This document shows positions 13,880-27,565 of a DNA stretch of 64,000 nt, piece after piece. Under the pieces are notes generated by a model. It was not told the DNA's origin and did not search any database. It saw only the letters and a list, made by a program, of their open reading frames with translations. Position 1 is the first letter of the stretch, and the number at the start of each line of letters is the position of its first letter. The position numbers were made by a program, and so were the translations under genes. Where the stretch lies: the NCBI GenBank assembly GCA_050273025.1, contig CP158635.1:13206001-13270000 (forward strand). The letters are read 5' to 3'. The stretch is from Cenococcum geophilum. Lineage: Eukaryota.

Positions 13880-15568
13880 TATACCTAATTATTAAAACCT
13901 AACTCGCCGGTGTCTTATTAGGCTAAAAGTTTATACTAAGGAGCGTAATGTTATATGTATTTAAGCAAAGGGCTTTTCTTATATAGGTTTTAAACTTAGG
14001 CGTCCTATAAACTGTCGGCCGTTAAATTAAAAAGTATTATTACCTTTTAAAGGAAACTTACCTAATATTATTATATTTCCCGCCTTGGCAGACTATTCTT
14101 AGTTAATAATCTATACTGTGTCTAGTGGATATAAAAGCTTATAAAGCCTCTTTCTAAGAATCTTATCCCCTTTACTTAGTTCTTCTATAGACTTAGCAAC
14201 TTTATATAGGAAAAAAATAAAAATAGTAAAAATCTAGCGGTAGTCTATATTATATAGAGCTAGGATAAACTCTTTTGCCTATTTATATTGGTCTTTATAG
14301 TTAGCAATACCCTTATTTTTCTAGTATACTATAAATTCTTACCTTTTGTTTCTAAGAACTATACTAATAATAGCCTTTATATACGGGCAGTCCGATTATT
14401 ATATGCCGTTAGGAGATATCGAATTAACAATAAATAGCTTATAATTCCAATACTATTTGCTATAAACAGCACCTTATTATATTAGCTTAGGTAGTAGTAC
14501 TAAGCACCTCTATACAGTCCATCTAATATAACTAGAGTTACTTTACTGTATAACCTTAGTCTGCTATTAAACCCTTACTTAGTTCAAATAAGGAGTACTA
14601 TAGTTTTATTAATGCTAGTCTTATTTTCTAAGACCTATGCTATTATATAAGGATGTGCTTAAATAAGGCCAAAACCGTGCGGAATGGTGATGTAGATAAA
14701 TTGCCCTGGCAGTATTTTCTAGGGGCGTTTTACTATAATTCTAAGTTAAACGGCGTTTTCTAAATCCTTACCTCCTTAGGGATAGTAAACTATAGATACT
14801 TAAAAACCTAATCCTAGATTTTAATATAATATAAATCTAGCCTAAAGTACTTTCTAAAGAACCTAAAGTGATAATGCGACTAAGAGATAAGCTATAGAAT
14901 AGCTCCGCTTTAGTCTAATATATAACTATAATATTCCCATTAAAGCTAATGCGAGAAGAAGGTAAGTATAGAGGAAAATTTTATAAGCGTAATAATAAAT
15001 AATAAAAAAAGAGAGAAGGCTAATAGCGGAAATAAATGTAATAAGCTATTTATAATTAAGCTTAGTAGGAATAAGGGAGTTTTAGATAAACTATAATTTT
15101 AATATTTACTACACGCGAATGCTTTAAAGATACTATTAGAAGTGCATAAAGTACTCCTTTTAGGATATATACCTAACCAATCTAGTAGTAAATTAAGCTA
15201 TAATTATATGTCGGTAGGTATAGGACTTTATTGCTAATTAAATTAGTTCTGCCCCTAAGGAATAGTGGAACTACGTTAATAGCGAATAGATATTCTAAAT
15301 GCTATGTAAATTAGATACCTATAGATAAGCCTAAAACGGAGCTAATAACATTTATAACTGCGTAAAGAAAGATATAAAATGCAGCTAAAAGACTAATATT
15401 TAATGTGCTTTTTTACCTAGGAACAATTAAAGTATATAGAGTCTATTTCTGGATATTTAATAGGAGTTTTTCACGAGCCTAAGAGCTAATAAGTTTGGAA
15501 ATTCTCTAAATAGAGAAGATGGCAATAACTGCGCTATACGAAACGATGTAAATAGTAGTTATATTTAT
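13880..15568 (-). pseudogene. Ferric reductase-like transmembrane oxidoreductase (Starship FRE-type), RIP-degraded
   Basis: Minus strand: hydrophobic N-terminus; INVVPLFLR(G)GRTNL..Y.LIY(H).WIG.V..LKGVLY(H) heme helices; VKRP*KILPGQFIYITIP..QAHPY FAD motif; ILDGL(P)YR(G)G..KVLFIANS(G)IGI NAD-binding motif; R.L.LV*(W). Confidence 0.9.
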
Positions 15569-16637
15569 TTTCTTTCCTTAAGAATTTTATAGGATGGTTA
15601 AGCATTATAAAGACGTGCTTAGTTCTTTATTAAAAGAAATAAGTTTACTAGAAAAATAATAAATTTTAATAAATTTTATAATGAGATATTATTTCGGCGC
15701 TCTAACGTAAGAGTGGGTATTAAAAGAAAATTAAGGAAGCTATAATTAGAAACCAAAATCTAAGTAAGAAGCTATTTTGGGGTCTAATTAATACGCTATA
15801 AAATAGTTGAACTTTAATTAGCAAACTAGCCGCTTGCTAAATACAGAACTAGTAGCTTACTTTACACCGCTTATTTTTTAGCTAAGGGCATATTTAATAA
15901 CTATTACTTAGCTAGGTAGGCTCTACTAAGTAGGCGCTTTAAAAAAGCCACCTAGGCCTACCTAGGTCCACTAGTCACGAACAGGCTACTAATATTAATA
16001 TCCGCCTAGTGAATATTGTCTATTTAACGCCGTAGGTGGATTTAAGTAGATTAGTCGTCTTAGTAGTTAAAAAGGAGGTTTTATCTAGCTAAGTAGAGGC
16101 ATTTATACTAACCGCAATTACGCTTATAGCGGCGAGTTTTATTAGCAATTTTAAGCTACCTAGGTAGTCTATTTAGGCGAATTCCGCTAGTACCTACCGT
16201 TTTAAGGGGGGTACTAGTGGAACACTAATATGACCAGGTCGATTGATCCTGCCCTTTATAATATTTTTGACCTATTTTCACCATCCTAGGATCTAATTCG
16301 ACGCTAACTATTTAGTAATGCTCCTTTTTTGCTAAACAAACCCCTTCTACTAGGTGGAAAGTACCCCTGCCTTAGCGTTTAGAAGAGGCGCTTATATCCT
16401 AAAGATTACGCCTAGGTAGAGTTAACCTAGCTAAAAAAGTTATTAAATATGCCCTAAGGCGCATAACTTGCATATAATGTGCATGCTGTGCCGTTTATAT
16501 TATCTCTAGTAGAATTAAATATAAATATTATTAGGAACACTTTTAATTACTATAAACCGTTATTTTATTAGTCTTACTTTATTCGGAGACTATTATATAT
16601 ATCTACCTTTAAATCTCATTAAAAGGATATTAATGCT

Positions 16638-17400
16638 ATACCTCGCCTAAGAAAATGACCCTACGCGTCTTTATATGGACCTTTAGAAGCTAGCGACCGA
16701 ATATTCACAACCTAACGAGAAGGTATTTTTAAGAAAGCTTCTATCCTTACTTAACTGGTGCCTGGAATAAGAGTTGCTATCTTTATAAAGAGGAACCAGG
16801 AAATCTTCACGTTTCAATTTAATAAAAACTTAACTTCTTAGCCTCCCTCTATAGAAGAGATTATAAGCACTATCCTTATTTACTGTCTTTATACACTTAT
16901 ATAGAGTAGTAAAGGGAAAGCAACCTAATTAATAAATTTCCCTATTATTATTAAAGTGCCGCTAAAGCACGCTTATAGGGGGATAAAACTCCCCTATCTA
17001 GCCGAAGCTCCCTAAAACGTCTTTTATTTCCAAGTAAGGTCTACTATAATCTAAATATTAGGGTTAAGAGCGAGCCTATTTACTCGTCCCCTATTAGAAG
17101 TATTAATTAATTAAAATAGTTTTTATCTATTTACTATAATGGGATAGAGTTTATAAACCGCTATAGTGAAGCGTTGCCCCCTATTAGTAATTGGGCATTA
17201 CCTAACTATAATAATATAGGTAACTATAACTCTCCCGCCCCTTTAAGTGAGATTTTTTATACACCGTATAAGGATCCCTATTAACGACCTTACTATTATA
17301 GTTAAAGCCTAAGCCGGAACTTAACCAACTGTACAATTCTCCCTCCTCTTATAGTACTTATATTTGGCGCTTTGCCTTTAAAGAGATTATTAGAATGATT
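16638..17400 (+). pseudogene. Divergent MADS-box/SRF-like transcription factor (copy 1)
   Basis: DRIFTT*REGIFKKASILT*LVPGIRVAIFIKRNQEIFTFQF....S*(W)PPSIEEI matches the MADS pattern F.KR+.GLFKKA.EL..L....VA+I+...G++Y.Y.S; intron after ~16863. Confidence 0.7.
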
Positions 17401-17499
17401 TAGGGAATTTGGGTTATATTATATATAATGCTTAGTAAATTATATATAAAGATAGGGAGCCTTTATATCGTTAGAATCTAGTACTTAGCCTTTTAAATA

Positions 17500-20400
17500 T
17501 TTTTACTATAGCGTAAGCAATTAAATATTTAATTTATTATTAGGATTATATAAATAATAAACCTCTTCCCCTAATTAAACCTTAAATGGCGCGTATAGCG
17601 CTAGCTAAAGTGATATTTTAGGGAGGCGCTCTATTTCTATAGAAGGCACTAGCTAAAGTAATATTTTAGGAAGACGCTCTATTTCTATTAAAATAGTTAT
17701 AGGCATATACTAAAGTAAGGGCATCTCCTACTATATAAACCTCCTATTAAAACAGAGTTGCCTCTTTAAGAGTAATACGTCCTTAGATCTATTATATAAT
17801 CGTTTTCTCCCTAACCTAGACCTTCTAAGAAGCCTAGTATTGCTGTCTATAGTAAATATACTCCTATATTAGTTTGCAAAAGTATTAATATCTTCTTTAG
17901 TGCCCATATAGCAATGCTTATATCTTTTACATACCTCTAAAAGATATTTAGGGTTATAAAACGTTATAACGGTAAGGTTAGGAGCTAGAAACTTTATTAT
18001 TCTCTAGAATATCTTTTTATATTGCGCTACTTACTTAGTTAGAAAGGATCTAAAGCCCTTAAGCGCCTAAGTTGGCTTATACGCGAACTCTACTCTTTAA
18101 AAGCCACTATTCTTATCTAATTAAATTATAATAATCCGAAGGTTACTAAATATATCTACTTTAATAATAAAGCCCAAATCTAGCTCCTTTTTATACTCCT
18201 TAAGCTCTTTTAATTTTTAAAAACCTTGGTTAATAAAGTTATCTTTAAGTTGCATATTATATTTAAGGCCCACAATCTTTATCTTCGCCGCAGAAAATGT
18301 ATGTTTTGCTTAGCCTTAATATACCGCCATACTTTAATCGGCCTAGTTCTATAATTTACGTTATCGGCGTTTATGCTTAGTCTTTACTATCTATTTTAAC
18401 TGCTCTTATTAATACTTGTGCTCTTCTTCTAACGATTTAAGGACCTAAAGATACTTAGATTGGGCTTATGTTATTAGCTAATCCACCGCCTCTTAAACTA
18501 CTTTTTCCTTTTAAGACTTGGCTAACTCTAATGCTTAATGCAGTCTTTCCTCTTCTTACTATTAGCGTACTTACTCTAATAACTTAAGAGCTTTTAGATG
18601 CTCAGATTGGGCCTATAATTTTAGCTAATCTACCGCCTCTTAAACTGCTTTTTCCTTTTTAGACTTAGCCAACTCTAATGCTTAACGCAGTCTTTTATTC
18701 TCTTGCTATTAACGTACTTGCTCTAATAACTTAAGAGCTTTTAGATGCTTAGATTGGGCCTATAATACTACCTCTTAAACTACTTTTTTCTTTTTAGGCC
18801 TAGCTAATTACAGTGCATAATATAAGTTATTATTTTCTTCCATAACTTATTTTATCTCTATCTATATTACCTTTAAACGTTAAGTTAAAGTAGCAGTTTT
18901 ATTCTTTAAAGCATTAGATACTTCTATTAACTTTATACTTTTTTCTTTTATTTTAATTCTTGCCTTCTCTATATATTGTTAGAGCGCTTTATAATCTCTT
19001 TCTTTTATTTATAACTTATTCCGCATTTCTTCTTAAATATCCTTTAATTTTTTTAGGCCGTTATTTAGCTCTAAGACTATAGCTATTTAGGCCTCTAGAT
19101 TATATTATAATTACTTAATTTAGGTATCCTTCCTATTGCCTTCTATAGAGTCCTGTTAATATTTATTTTCTACTATTACGCTTTAAAGATATTTCTTCTT
19201 AGCTACGGCCGTATTAAGTGTTAACTGCTATTACATAAACTGGGATTTTAGCCTCTTTTTAGAAATCTTAAATGATATACTTTGAGCTGTTATCTCTTCT
19301 AGCTTATTACTAACTAGAGAGTACTCTTTCTTAAGATCCCTAATTTGAGATTTTGCCTTCGCTAATTAATTCTCTGTTATTATAGAAGTGGAAGCTATTA
19401 ACTTCCTAGTAGTTTTTAAACTTGTTTTACTATCTTCTAACTCTTTAATTTGTAAATTTAATTAGTTTATTTTAATTTGCAGTTCTTTAACTAAGTGGTA
19501 ATAGGTATAGTTATACGCATTAGTAGGACTCTATATTAGTATAGTATTTTAGATTAATAGTAACCAAGTTTCTAAAGTAAAATATGCATCCTTTTTTTAA
19601 TTAGTTAAGTTTATATATAAAAAAGGGGGTTGGGTATACCTTAAATGACTTAAATCCGAAAAAGGTTATAAAGAAGTCACGTTTTATAAAAAAGGGTATA
19701 ATATTGGCATTAGGACGAACCTTACTCCCATAAATATATGGGATGAAAAGGCAATTATTATCCTTTTTATAATTATCGTTAAAGGGCCTTCCATACCTTT
19801 TATTAGTGGGGAGGGGTTTAGAACTAGTAAAGTGTGGTAATTAAATACAGTTATCCTGATTTTTTAACTACTTAAAAACTAAGGTAATAGCCGTAACTTT
19901 TTACTTATTTATGGACTTTAATTAAGGATTAGCTTTTTGTAATAGTTAGATAATAAGTTCTCTTTTAAGATCTTATAACTTAAGCGTAAGAGCTATAGGA
20001 ATCTAAAAGCCTTAAGTAATAGATAGATAGTTAAGGTTTTAATATAGAGCTAGACTTAGCTCCCTAATAATAGGCTTTTCTTTTTTAATTTCTTTTTAGG
20101 GAGTATATTAAGTTATATATAGGAAATTACAAAGATAAAACGCCTATAACAGTGTATAGCGAAGCCATCGGTCTTCTATAAATCTACGCTTTAAGCAGCA
20201 CTACTAGCTCGTCTTTAAGAATAGTATAATTAAGTTTTTAGGACAATAATAGTAAGCTTTAAGGCTCTAATAAATTATTTATTTTATTTTATTGCTAATT
20301 AAATGCTTTAGTATAATATAATAAGGTTCTAGGTATTTAAGGTTCTTAAAAAAGGTTCTTAATAAAGGAATTAAATAATCTACTAAAGAAATGTTCTGTA

Positions 20401-21438
20401 AAATAAGGTCTCTTATTAACTGGTCTAAAATAGCTAGGAAAATCTTCCTAGACTCTATTAGCGTAGTAATACGATCTATATTAGCTTTTAAGATAGCTAG
20501 TATAAGTAGTTTTAGATTCCGAACAGTGTCTATATTTACTACTAATAGGGGTAAATCTATATTACTATAGCTAATAATCTTCTTCTAAATTTTAGAGATA
20601 TGGTTAAGTCTATAAAGCAGTTCCTAGTTTATTTAGCTAGCACTCTCTATAAGTAAGTGGAGAATAATATACCTTATTACACTTAAGCGTTAAGAATCTA
20701 TGTAGCGCTCCGATCTGAATTGGTTTCTATAGGCCTTGCATTTCTACTAGGGCATTAAATACTATCGCAAAGTGGGAATTCTTAAGAAGTTGTTTTAGAT
20801 TATTTGGTTTGGACCTATCTAATAGGGCCCACTATCTATTTTCTGATTTCGTGTCATTCTTGAGATAATAGTATTATATTTTACGAAATACTTCCCCATT
20901 TAACGGTTTCTATTTATTTAAGTATTCTTTAATTATCCTTATAAGGACTATTTATGGGAGATCTATAATAGATTCTTAGCTAGAATAGTAAGATACTTAA
21001 GTAAACGCGCTTATCTTTAGAGAAGAGCCTTACTATCTATTACTGGTTATTATTGTCTAAAAATTCTTTAGCAGCTTTAATATAATATAAGCCTCTAAGG
21101 CAGTCTACACTCCTTAGGCTAATAAACGGTATCGAGTTACCCTCCTAAAGTTAACGAAAATGTTGTTTATTAAGACCTAAAAAGGCTAGTAATAAGATAA
21201 GGGCCGCATTATCTATAATAGCATTAATGAAATTTTCTTTTTCTAGCCTTTTATAACCTACTCTTTTAAATATATTTCTAAGGCGGCGGACATTCTTTTT
21301 GGATGGTAACCAATGTTTTTTACGTATAAGAGGATAGTCGAAATTAAGTGCCCTAAGTTTTATTTTTGCTATACCTAGGTAGTTCCGCGCCTTAAGTATA
21401 GACAGCTTAAAGTTATCTATAGTTATAGGAAGAGCCAT
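17500..21438 (-). pseudogene. DUF3723-domain protein with long coiled-coil C-terminus (Starship auxiliary gene)
   Basis: ORF 21151-21438 (YLGIAKIKLRALNF..KNVRRLRNIFKRVGY(C)KRLEKENFINAIID) continues after de-RIPing as VDCL.GLHRIEAAKEFL...WTVRLF; EEYSNEQKPSDGEVFRKIR.Y; RWWALL..SKP.DLKQLLK...AFDAL..MQGLW..IQIGALHR.LTLKCDE. 3' end approximate. Confidence 0.9.
18457..18810. repeat. 147-bp (49-codon) tandem repeat, ~2.3 copies, in the coiled-coil tail of the DUF3723 gene
   Basis: agattgggc recurs at 18457, 18604, 18751 with near-identical intervening sequence. Confidence 0.9.
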
Positions 21439-21695
21439 TACTTGTGCTAAGACCTTAATACTAATATAGGAGACTTAAAGCTTTTTTATAAGAAATATTA
21501 GTTAGAACCAAATATTAAAATAAAAATTTTAATTTAGTATTCTAATTGCACTATCTTATAGACTATAAAGCTGTATTAGGCGGTATAAAGTAGAATTAAA
21601 TTTTTAGGAAACTATAAATATTTAAATATATATATATAAACAAATATTTAGAGGATTCCCTAAGCTCCACTCCTCTGTTTTATCCGCTTTTATTA

Positions 21696-24600
21696 ATGGC
21701 GAAAATTCCTTAAATAACTATTAATTTTAAAAGCAAAGGTGCTATTACTAAGCACTGATAAGCTTTTAAGTCCTTAATACTAGAAGAGAGCCAGTATTAG
21801 AGCCTATTATTTATTACGCTAGTTAGTAAAAAAACAAAGTCTGCGGTTCTGTAATACCTACTAGGAAATACTATAGATAGAAAATTTCTAGCTAATACGT
21901 ATAATTAAATCTACCTTTAGGAAGACCCTAAAACCTATAAAGATACCTCACTAATCCTTTTTATTAATTGCGAACTTTAAAACTATTCTTTATTATAGTT
22001 GCTTCTTTCCTATAGCAGTAGGGAGATAGTAATAAGAAAAATCTCTTAGTAGCAGCCTTTAAAACGTCGCAAAATGCTTGGCTTGTTATTATGTGATTAA
22101 GTACTCTTACCTTTCTCTAATATAGTCTGCTATTTTGTTACGGATCTAGGCGGACTAAGGGAGGTATCTAAGCTTATAGCTTAGTAAGCTGTTAAATCTC
22201 TAAGTTCCGATCTCCCCGTGCTCCCCTATATTCTACTAGTATTTAATATATCCTTACTAACCTTTAATAAAAATATTGCTGAATTAAAGTCTCTAGCTTT
22301 AATAACCGAAATAATGCAGAACTTTAAGTAATATAGTAAAGCTAAAGACGTAAATATAGATCTAAAGGCTTATTTTTATAGTATCTATATCCTTAGACTA
22401 AATTCGTCTATAAGCCTAGCGAAACGTTTATACGCGTTCCGAAAGCGAATTCTTTTTATATTAAAAGAAGCACGCGTCTTACGCCAATCCACTTAAGTTA
22501 AATTCCGTTTTAAGCATTTTAAGGCTTTATTAAGCTTGGCTTTAGAGCACTTCTACTTTACTATTACCGCCCTATTTTTATTTGTCTAAGTAGTATAACC
22601 TTATAGCTTCTTAAACGAGGGGTTCTCGGCGTGCCTTAGAGATCTTATTAAGTATATACCGTCTTAGGCATAGCTATAGCACTTTATTACCCTATTAGTA
22701 GTATTAGCGTTAATCCTATTAAGCTATCCCCTGGGTTCTTATTATATAACTCCCGCCCTAAATCTAGCTAACTAACTGATGCTAATTATAGACTTTCTTC
22801 CTACTTTTATCTTCTTAAAGCATTTCTCAAACGCTTATATCTCTGTAATGTAGGACTATGCTATAGATATAAGTATTTACACGAAATTTTTATTAGCGGT
22901 TCTAGATAATTTCCAGTCTATGTTTTAAATACTCTAATTAAACTCTTTATTAACTATATCCTAGATTTACACATAAAATATCGCAAGGCTTTGGCCCTAA
23001 GTAGTAGAGTTTAGAAACTATAAGTCTTGCTTCTGTTATCTAATGCGAATGCCTAAAAAGGTATTAGACTGCGGTTATGTACTCTATAATATATATATTA
23101 AAATATATAGAAGACGATTATCCTTAACGAAATACAGCTATTATCTTTTGTTTTGTGTCCTTTATGCCTTACCTTATAGAGCGTCTGATTTTTAATTTAT
23201 GCCACCTAGTACTAGTATCTGTATTTTGAGTATAGACGGCGGAGGTATAAGGGGAGTTATATTCCTTATCTTTTTAATATATATTAAGCAGGCACTATCT
23301 AACTTTAGATATTTACTGCGAGAATATTTTAACCTTATCTATAGCACTTCTGCGGGTACATAAAAATGAAATATTATTAATAAGAACTTAAGTTAATCTA
23401 GTATTTAGGTAGGATGACCGCTATAGGGATAGGTCTCTTAGGGTGGAGCGCAGCCGAGTCGTTATAGAGATTTGAGGATGTAGTAAGTAAGACCTTTAAG
23501 CGGCGAAAATTTAGATCTACTTTACTTACTAGGTTATAAAAGATAATGTTAAGCTACGCCTAAGATGGCTAGTATAGCCTTACCGCCATCAAATTAGGCT
23601 TTGAGGCCGCTTTTGGATCCTATCTAAAGATGTTTAATCTACTAATAAATAATACTAGAGTTATAGTAACAATGATAACTGCTAAGGAGTTATAGCCTTA
23701 TTTGTTTTGCAATTATAATAAGGGTAAGCGACCTAAGGAGATTGGTAAGTAAAGTACTTTTTTAATTTAATGCAGTAGCGTCCTAATTATATAGGGTATA
23801 GTTTAATCTAGGCTAATTATTTACAGCATAATATATCTATTAGTAAAGCGTACGTTTAGTTTAGGGGATATTTAGAATTAAGCTAATGCATTTTAGGGCA
23901 TGTTGTACTTCTACTGCACCCTAGTTAGCTAATCTATTATATATCCTATAATTTAATACTAAATTAGAAAGGTTCTTTAAACCTAAAGTAGTAAAAAACC
24001 TTAGTACTTTTTAGGATGGGGGCCTTTAAAATAATAATCTAATTGTTATTACCTAATTGGAAAGTCTATTCCTATAGCCTAAAAAGGGCGAGCCTAACTT
24101 TACTCTCTTATTAGGGACCGGTATAACCTCTATGCTAATAGCTGCTAGCACTTAATCTTTAGTTATAGATTAATTTTACCTAAAACTCTTTAAAAGTTTT
24201 ATGCGGAGTCTAGACAGCGAGGAAGCTTAAAAGAGGTTTATTTATACTATCCTAGTATAGTACTATAGTAGATATTATTGTCTTAATCTTTATCTTTAAG
24301 GACCTAAACCTCTACTTAATAACCTATCTATAGTAGGAGAATTAAAAAGCTAAACTACGGAATATATAAAATTAAGTTCTATAATTCCTACTATTATAGA
24401 CTTAATATACGCTGCAATGTTCTACTTTAAGCTTAAATATCTCTTTTAGTATATTAACGGCCGTTATAAGTGCGTTAGTTATATATTTTACCAACTTAAT
24501 CTCCCTCCTAGTAGGCGTTAATACTTATACTCTTAGCTTATTACTACATTATCTTAGTTCCTTATTTATAGTTATCCAATAGCTTATATATTAAAAGTAC

Positions 24601-24842
24601 TAAAGGGTTATCCCCTATTTAAATAACGCGTGTAATTTATAGTTGATACCTTAAGTAAAAGTATTGCGATCTTTATTAGAGGGATTATAAGTATGCCTAG
24701 GTTAATAAGCGGATTTCCTATATATCTTAAAGATCTAATTAATTCGCAGTAACTTTACGCTCTATTTGGCCGGGTAGATTACTTAATACTTAAAAAGCCT
24801 CTTCCTTCTATTCTAGCAAAGCGAAAAATAGATAAACTATAG
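21696..24842 (+). pseudogene. Patatin-like phospholipase (Starship PLP-type) with an upstream Cys/His RING-like motif
   Basis: LSIDGGGIRG (23235-23255), S(G)TSAG nucleophile motif (23343-23357), F*DGGL..NN (24015). Upstream SCFCY(C)LMRMPKKVLDCGY(H)..C motif. Several introns; head-to-head with DUF3723. Confidence 0.95.
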
Positions 24843-25514
24843 TAATTTATTTATTCTGGCAAGGTAATTACTAAGTTGCTTACTATATAATATTTCGTGC
24901 GTATATTAGTAAAGCCTTAGCTACTAGGCGGCTAGAAGCGAAATTATCCTATAAACTATATTAGAGCATAATAGCAAGTGTTCTGCTTAATTTAGATATC
25001 TGGCTTCCTCTAGAGTTAAAGTTTAAGTTATTAGCATTTAAATTATAGGAATTAGTTTCTTAAAATTATCTGGAAGGCGCTAAACTAACTAGGCGCTTAA
25101 TACCTAGCTAACTATACTTTTAGTCTAAAACGGTATTAAAATAACTTAATTTAAAAACAAGTTTCCTGTTTTTGGCCTATGGCCTGCTTTAATAGTTACT
25201 TATTAGCTCTTGCTCTTATTAGTTACGACTTTAATTTAATTACTAACCCCTACTAGTCGCCTTTTATGCTTATAATATACCTTATAATATACATCTAATA
25301 AAAATATACCTCTACTAACTTATACAGTTCTTATATATAACATAATTGCTATTAAAAATCCTAAGTTAGTATTATTGCTATAAAGTCCTATTTGTAAAGT
25401 TAACCTAAGATTAGCCTTTATTAACGACCCAGGTAAGACCTACTAGAATTATTAGGCGCCTAAAATAGCGAAATATATAACAATAAGGCTATAAGATGCT
25501 TTAAGCATAATATA

Positions 25515-25812
25515 CTATAGCCTATAAAGAGGGTAAAGGATTTCCAACGCAATAGCGGAAAGGAATCCTATTTTATTAAGTGGGAGCCTAGTATAATTAA
25601 GTTTCGCTAGCTTATAGAGAGGTGCTTTAGGAAGTTACTTAAAGATATAGCTAAGTTATACGATCCTATAATTCCAAATGACGGACTATACCGCGACCCT
25701 TGCGATATTATATTTTGGAAAGTAAACTGGTCTAATACCTAGGTTTTAGTTTCTAAGTTAAAAGGGGTAGGTAAATTAATTCACAATTATTAGATGGGAA
25801 TCGGCGGTATTA
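25515..25812 (+). pseudogene. Chromodomain-like protein exon
   Basis: L*(W)PIKRVKDFQRNSGKESYFIKWEPS ... FWKVNWSNT*(W)VLVSKLKGVGKLIHNY*(W) resembles chromo Y.VE+I.D.R..G...Y.VKW and TW.P..NL..A..LI..F, separated by an insert. Confidence 0.5.
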
Positions 25813-26584
25813 GGTGAGTTTTCATGCCGATAGTACTTTAATTCTCGGCTTATCTAGTCATAGGTGCCTAGAGACTCGTAGATAATTTAGATAGTAGATT
25901 AGGAAATATAAACAGATAGCGGAGATTATAAAATTCACTAAATAATAATCTATAAGTATTAGGTCTATTCTTTTACCTATCTAATCTATTTAGTAATATA
26001 TATACCCAAAATCTATAGTATTCTTTAATAATTTAGGTAGAATATATATATCTATAGAGCGTAATTAAGTTTTAGCTTATATTACTAGGTACTATAAAGG
26101 ATAAAAGATAAGGGATAAGGGCCTTAATAGTTTTTAATTATTAGTAGAATTAATTTTGGCGGGCTAATATCGTAATATTTCTAGATTTAAGTATGGATAA
26201 TATATACTAAGGTAAAAATAATACAATCTTAAATTCGTTAGATCTCCTAGAATACCCTACTTAATATATTTCCCATTTACGGCTTAGCTAAAATTCAGCG
26301 ACCTAAATTTATAGATCTTTCCTATTTTTAGCGCCGCATTATATCTTATTAGAGGAAGCGCTTTATTACGAAACCTATAGGGGTTATATACTAAGTTAAG
26401 ATTACTAAAACAGTATTTATTATTTAGAATACTTTCTATTTTCTTATTTAGATTTCCTACTTTATAAAATTATAATCTTAAATCTTAAAACGAATTCCTA
26501 AAACGCTAATAATACCCTATATAATAGGCTGCCAGCGCCTACCTAGCTAGTTAAGCTAAACTAGCAATAAGATCTAATCCTATA

Positions 26585-27240
26585 ATAAAGACGTTAATCC
26601 TCTCCTTTATCTGCTTTGCGTTTGCTTTAGCGTAGTTAATCCCCTTTAATTAATCTTTACCTAGCCTTATAGACCTAATCCTAGAGGCGTAAGCAGGTCA
26701 AGAGCTTATATTTTAATAAGTTATGCCCTTATAAGTCCTATTCTATAACGCTAAATCTCCTTAGGTTATTAAACTCTTAAAATGCTATATATAAAGCTAT
26801 GTTAAGTTTTTAGAACTTAACTTTTCTCCTAATTTCGGCTATAGCCCGACTATATAACTGCGTAGGCGATTAAATGGCCTAGCTTAGAATTCCTCTAAAT
26901 ACGCTAAATAGAATAGCCGCTATTTAATAGTAAGAATCTCTAACTTATTATTTAGAAGCTATAGCTAACCCTTTAAATTAAGGCAATATATTAGTGCGGA
27001 GGCCACATTATTCGCGCTATTAGAGATTTCTAGTAGAGTAGGCGATTATAAGGCCTTTTAAATGGATAGTAAAAGCGCTTAAGTTATAGTAAATTATAAA
27101 GGAAACTTTACTTAGGTAGGAATACCAGTACTACCTATAACTTGCTAGCCTATTAACTCTTCTAAAGAAATTCTAGAGGCGGTGTATTTATAGTATATTA
27201 GTAGATTTTTTGGAATTAGTTATAATATAGTTAAATTAGT
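26585..27240 (+). pseudogene. Small putative secreted protein, intron-containing
   Basis: I(M)KTLILSFICFAFALA* signal-peptide-like start followed by a gtaagc donor; no family recognised. Confidence 0.35.
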
Positions 27241-27565
27241 TTTTAAATTTAATCTTTAAAATAGTTAAAGTAATATTATTCTTTACTCTACTTATAACTA
27301 ACTTATAGATAGGGGCTAAAATTAATTTCTATTAAACGGATAATTAGGAATAAGAACTCTATTTTATTAAAGAGGGCTCTAGAAGCTCTCTATATATATA
27401 AGGTAAATCTAGGTAACTAAGACAAATATTATAGGTAACTGAGATAAAATAGGTAATAGAAACAGATAGTGAGATATAGGGCACTAGGCATTAAAGACAG
27501 TAAGATAGTAGTAAGGAAATCCGATTTAGATTAACAATTCCTCTTAAAACGAGTTCTATTTACCC

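Noticed and set aside
14380..14930. Apparent plus-strand reading frame
   Set aside because: The minus strand carries clear ferric reductase FAD/NAD motifs; the plus frame is an antisense artefact.
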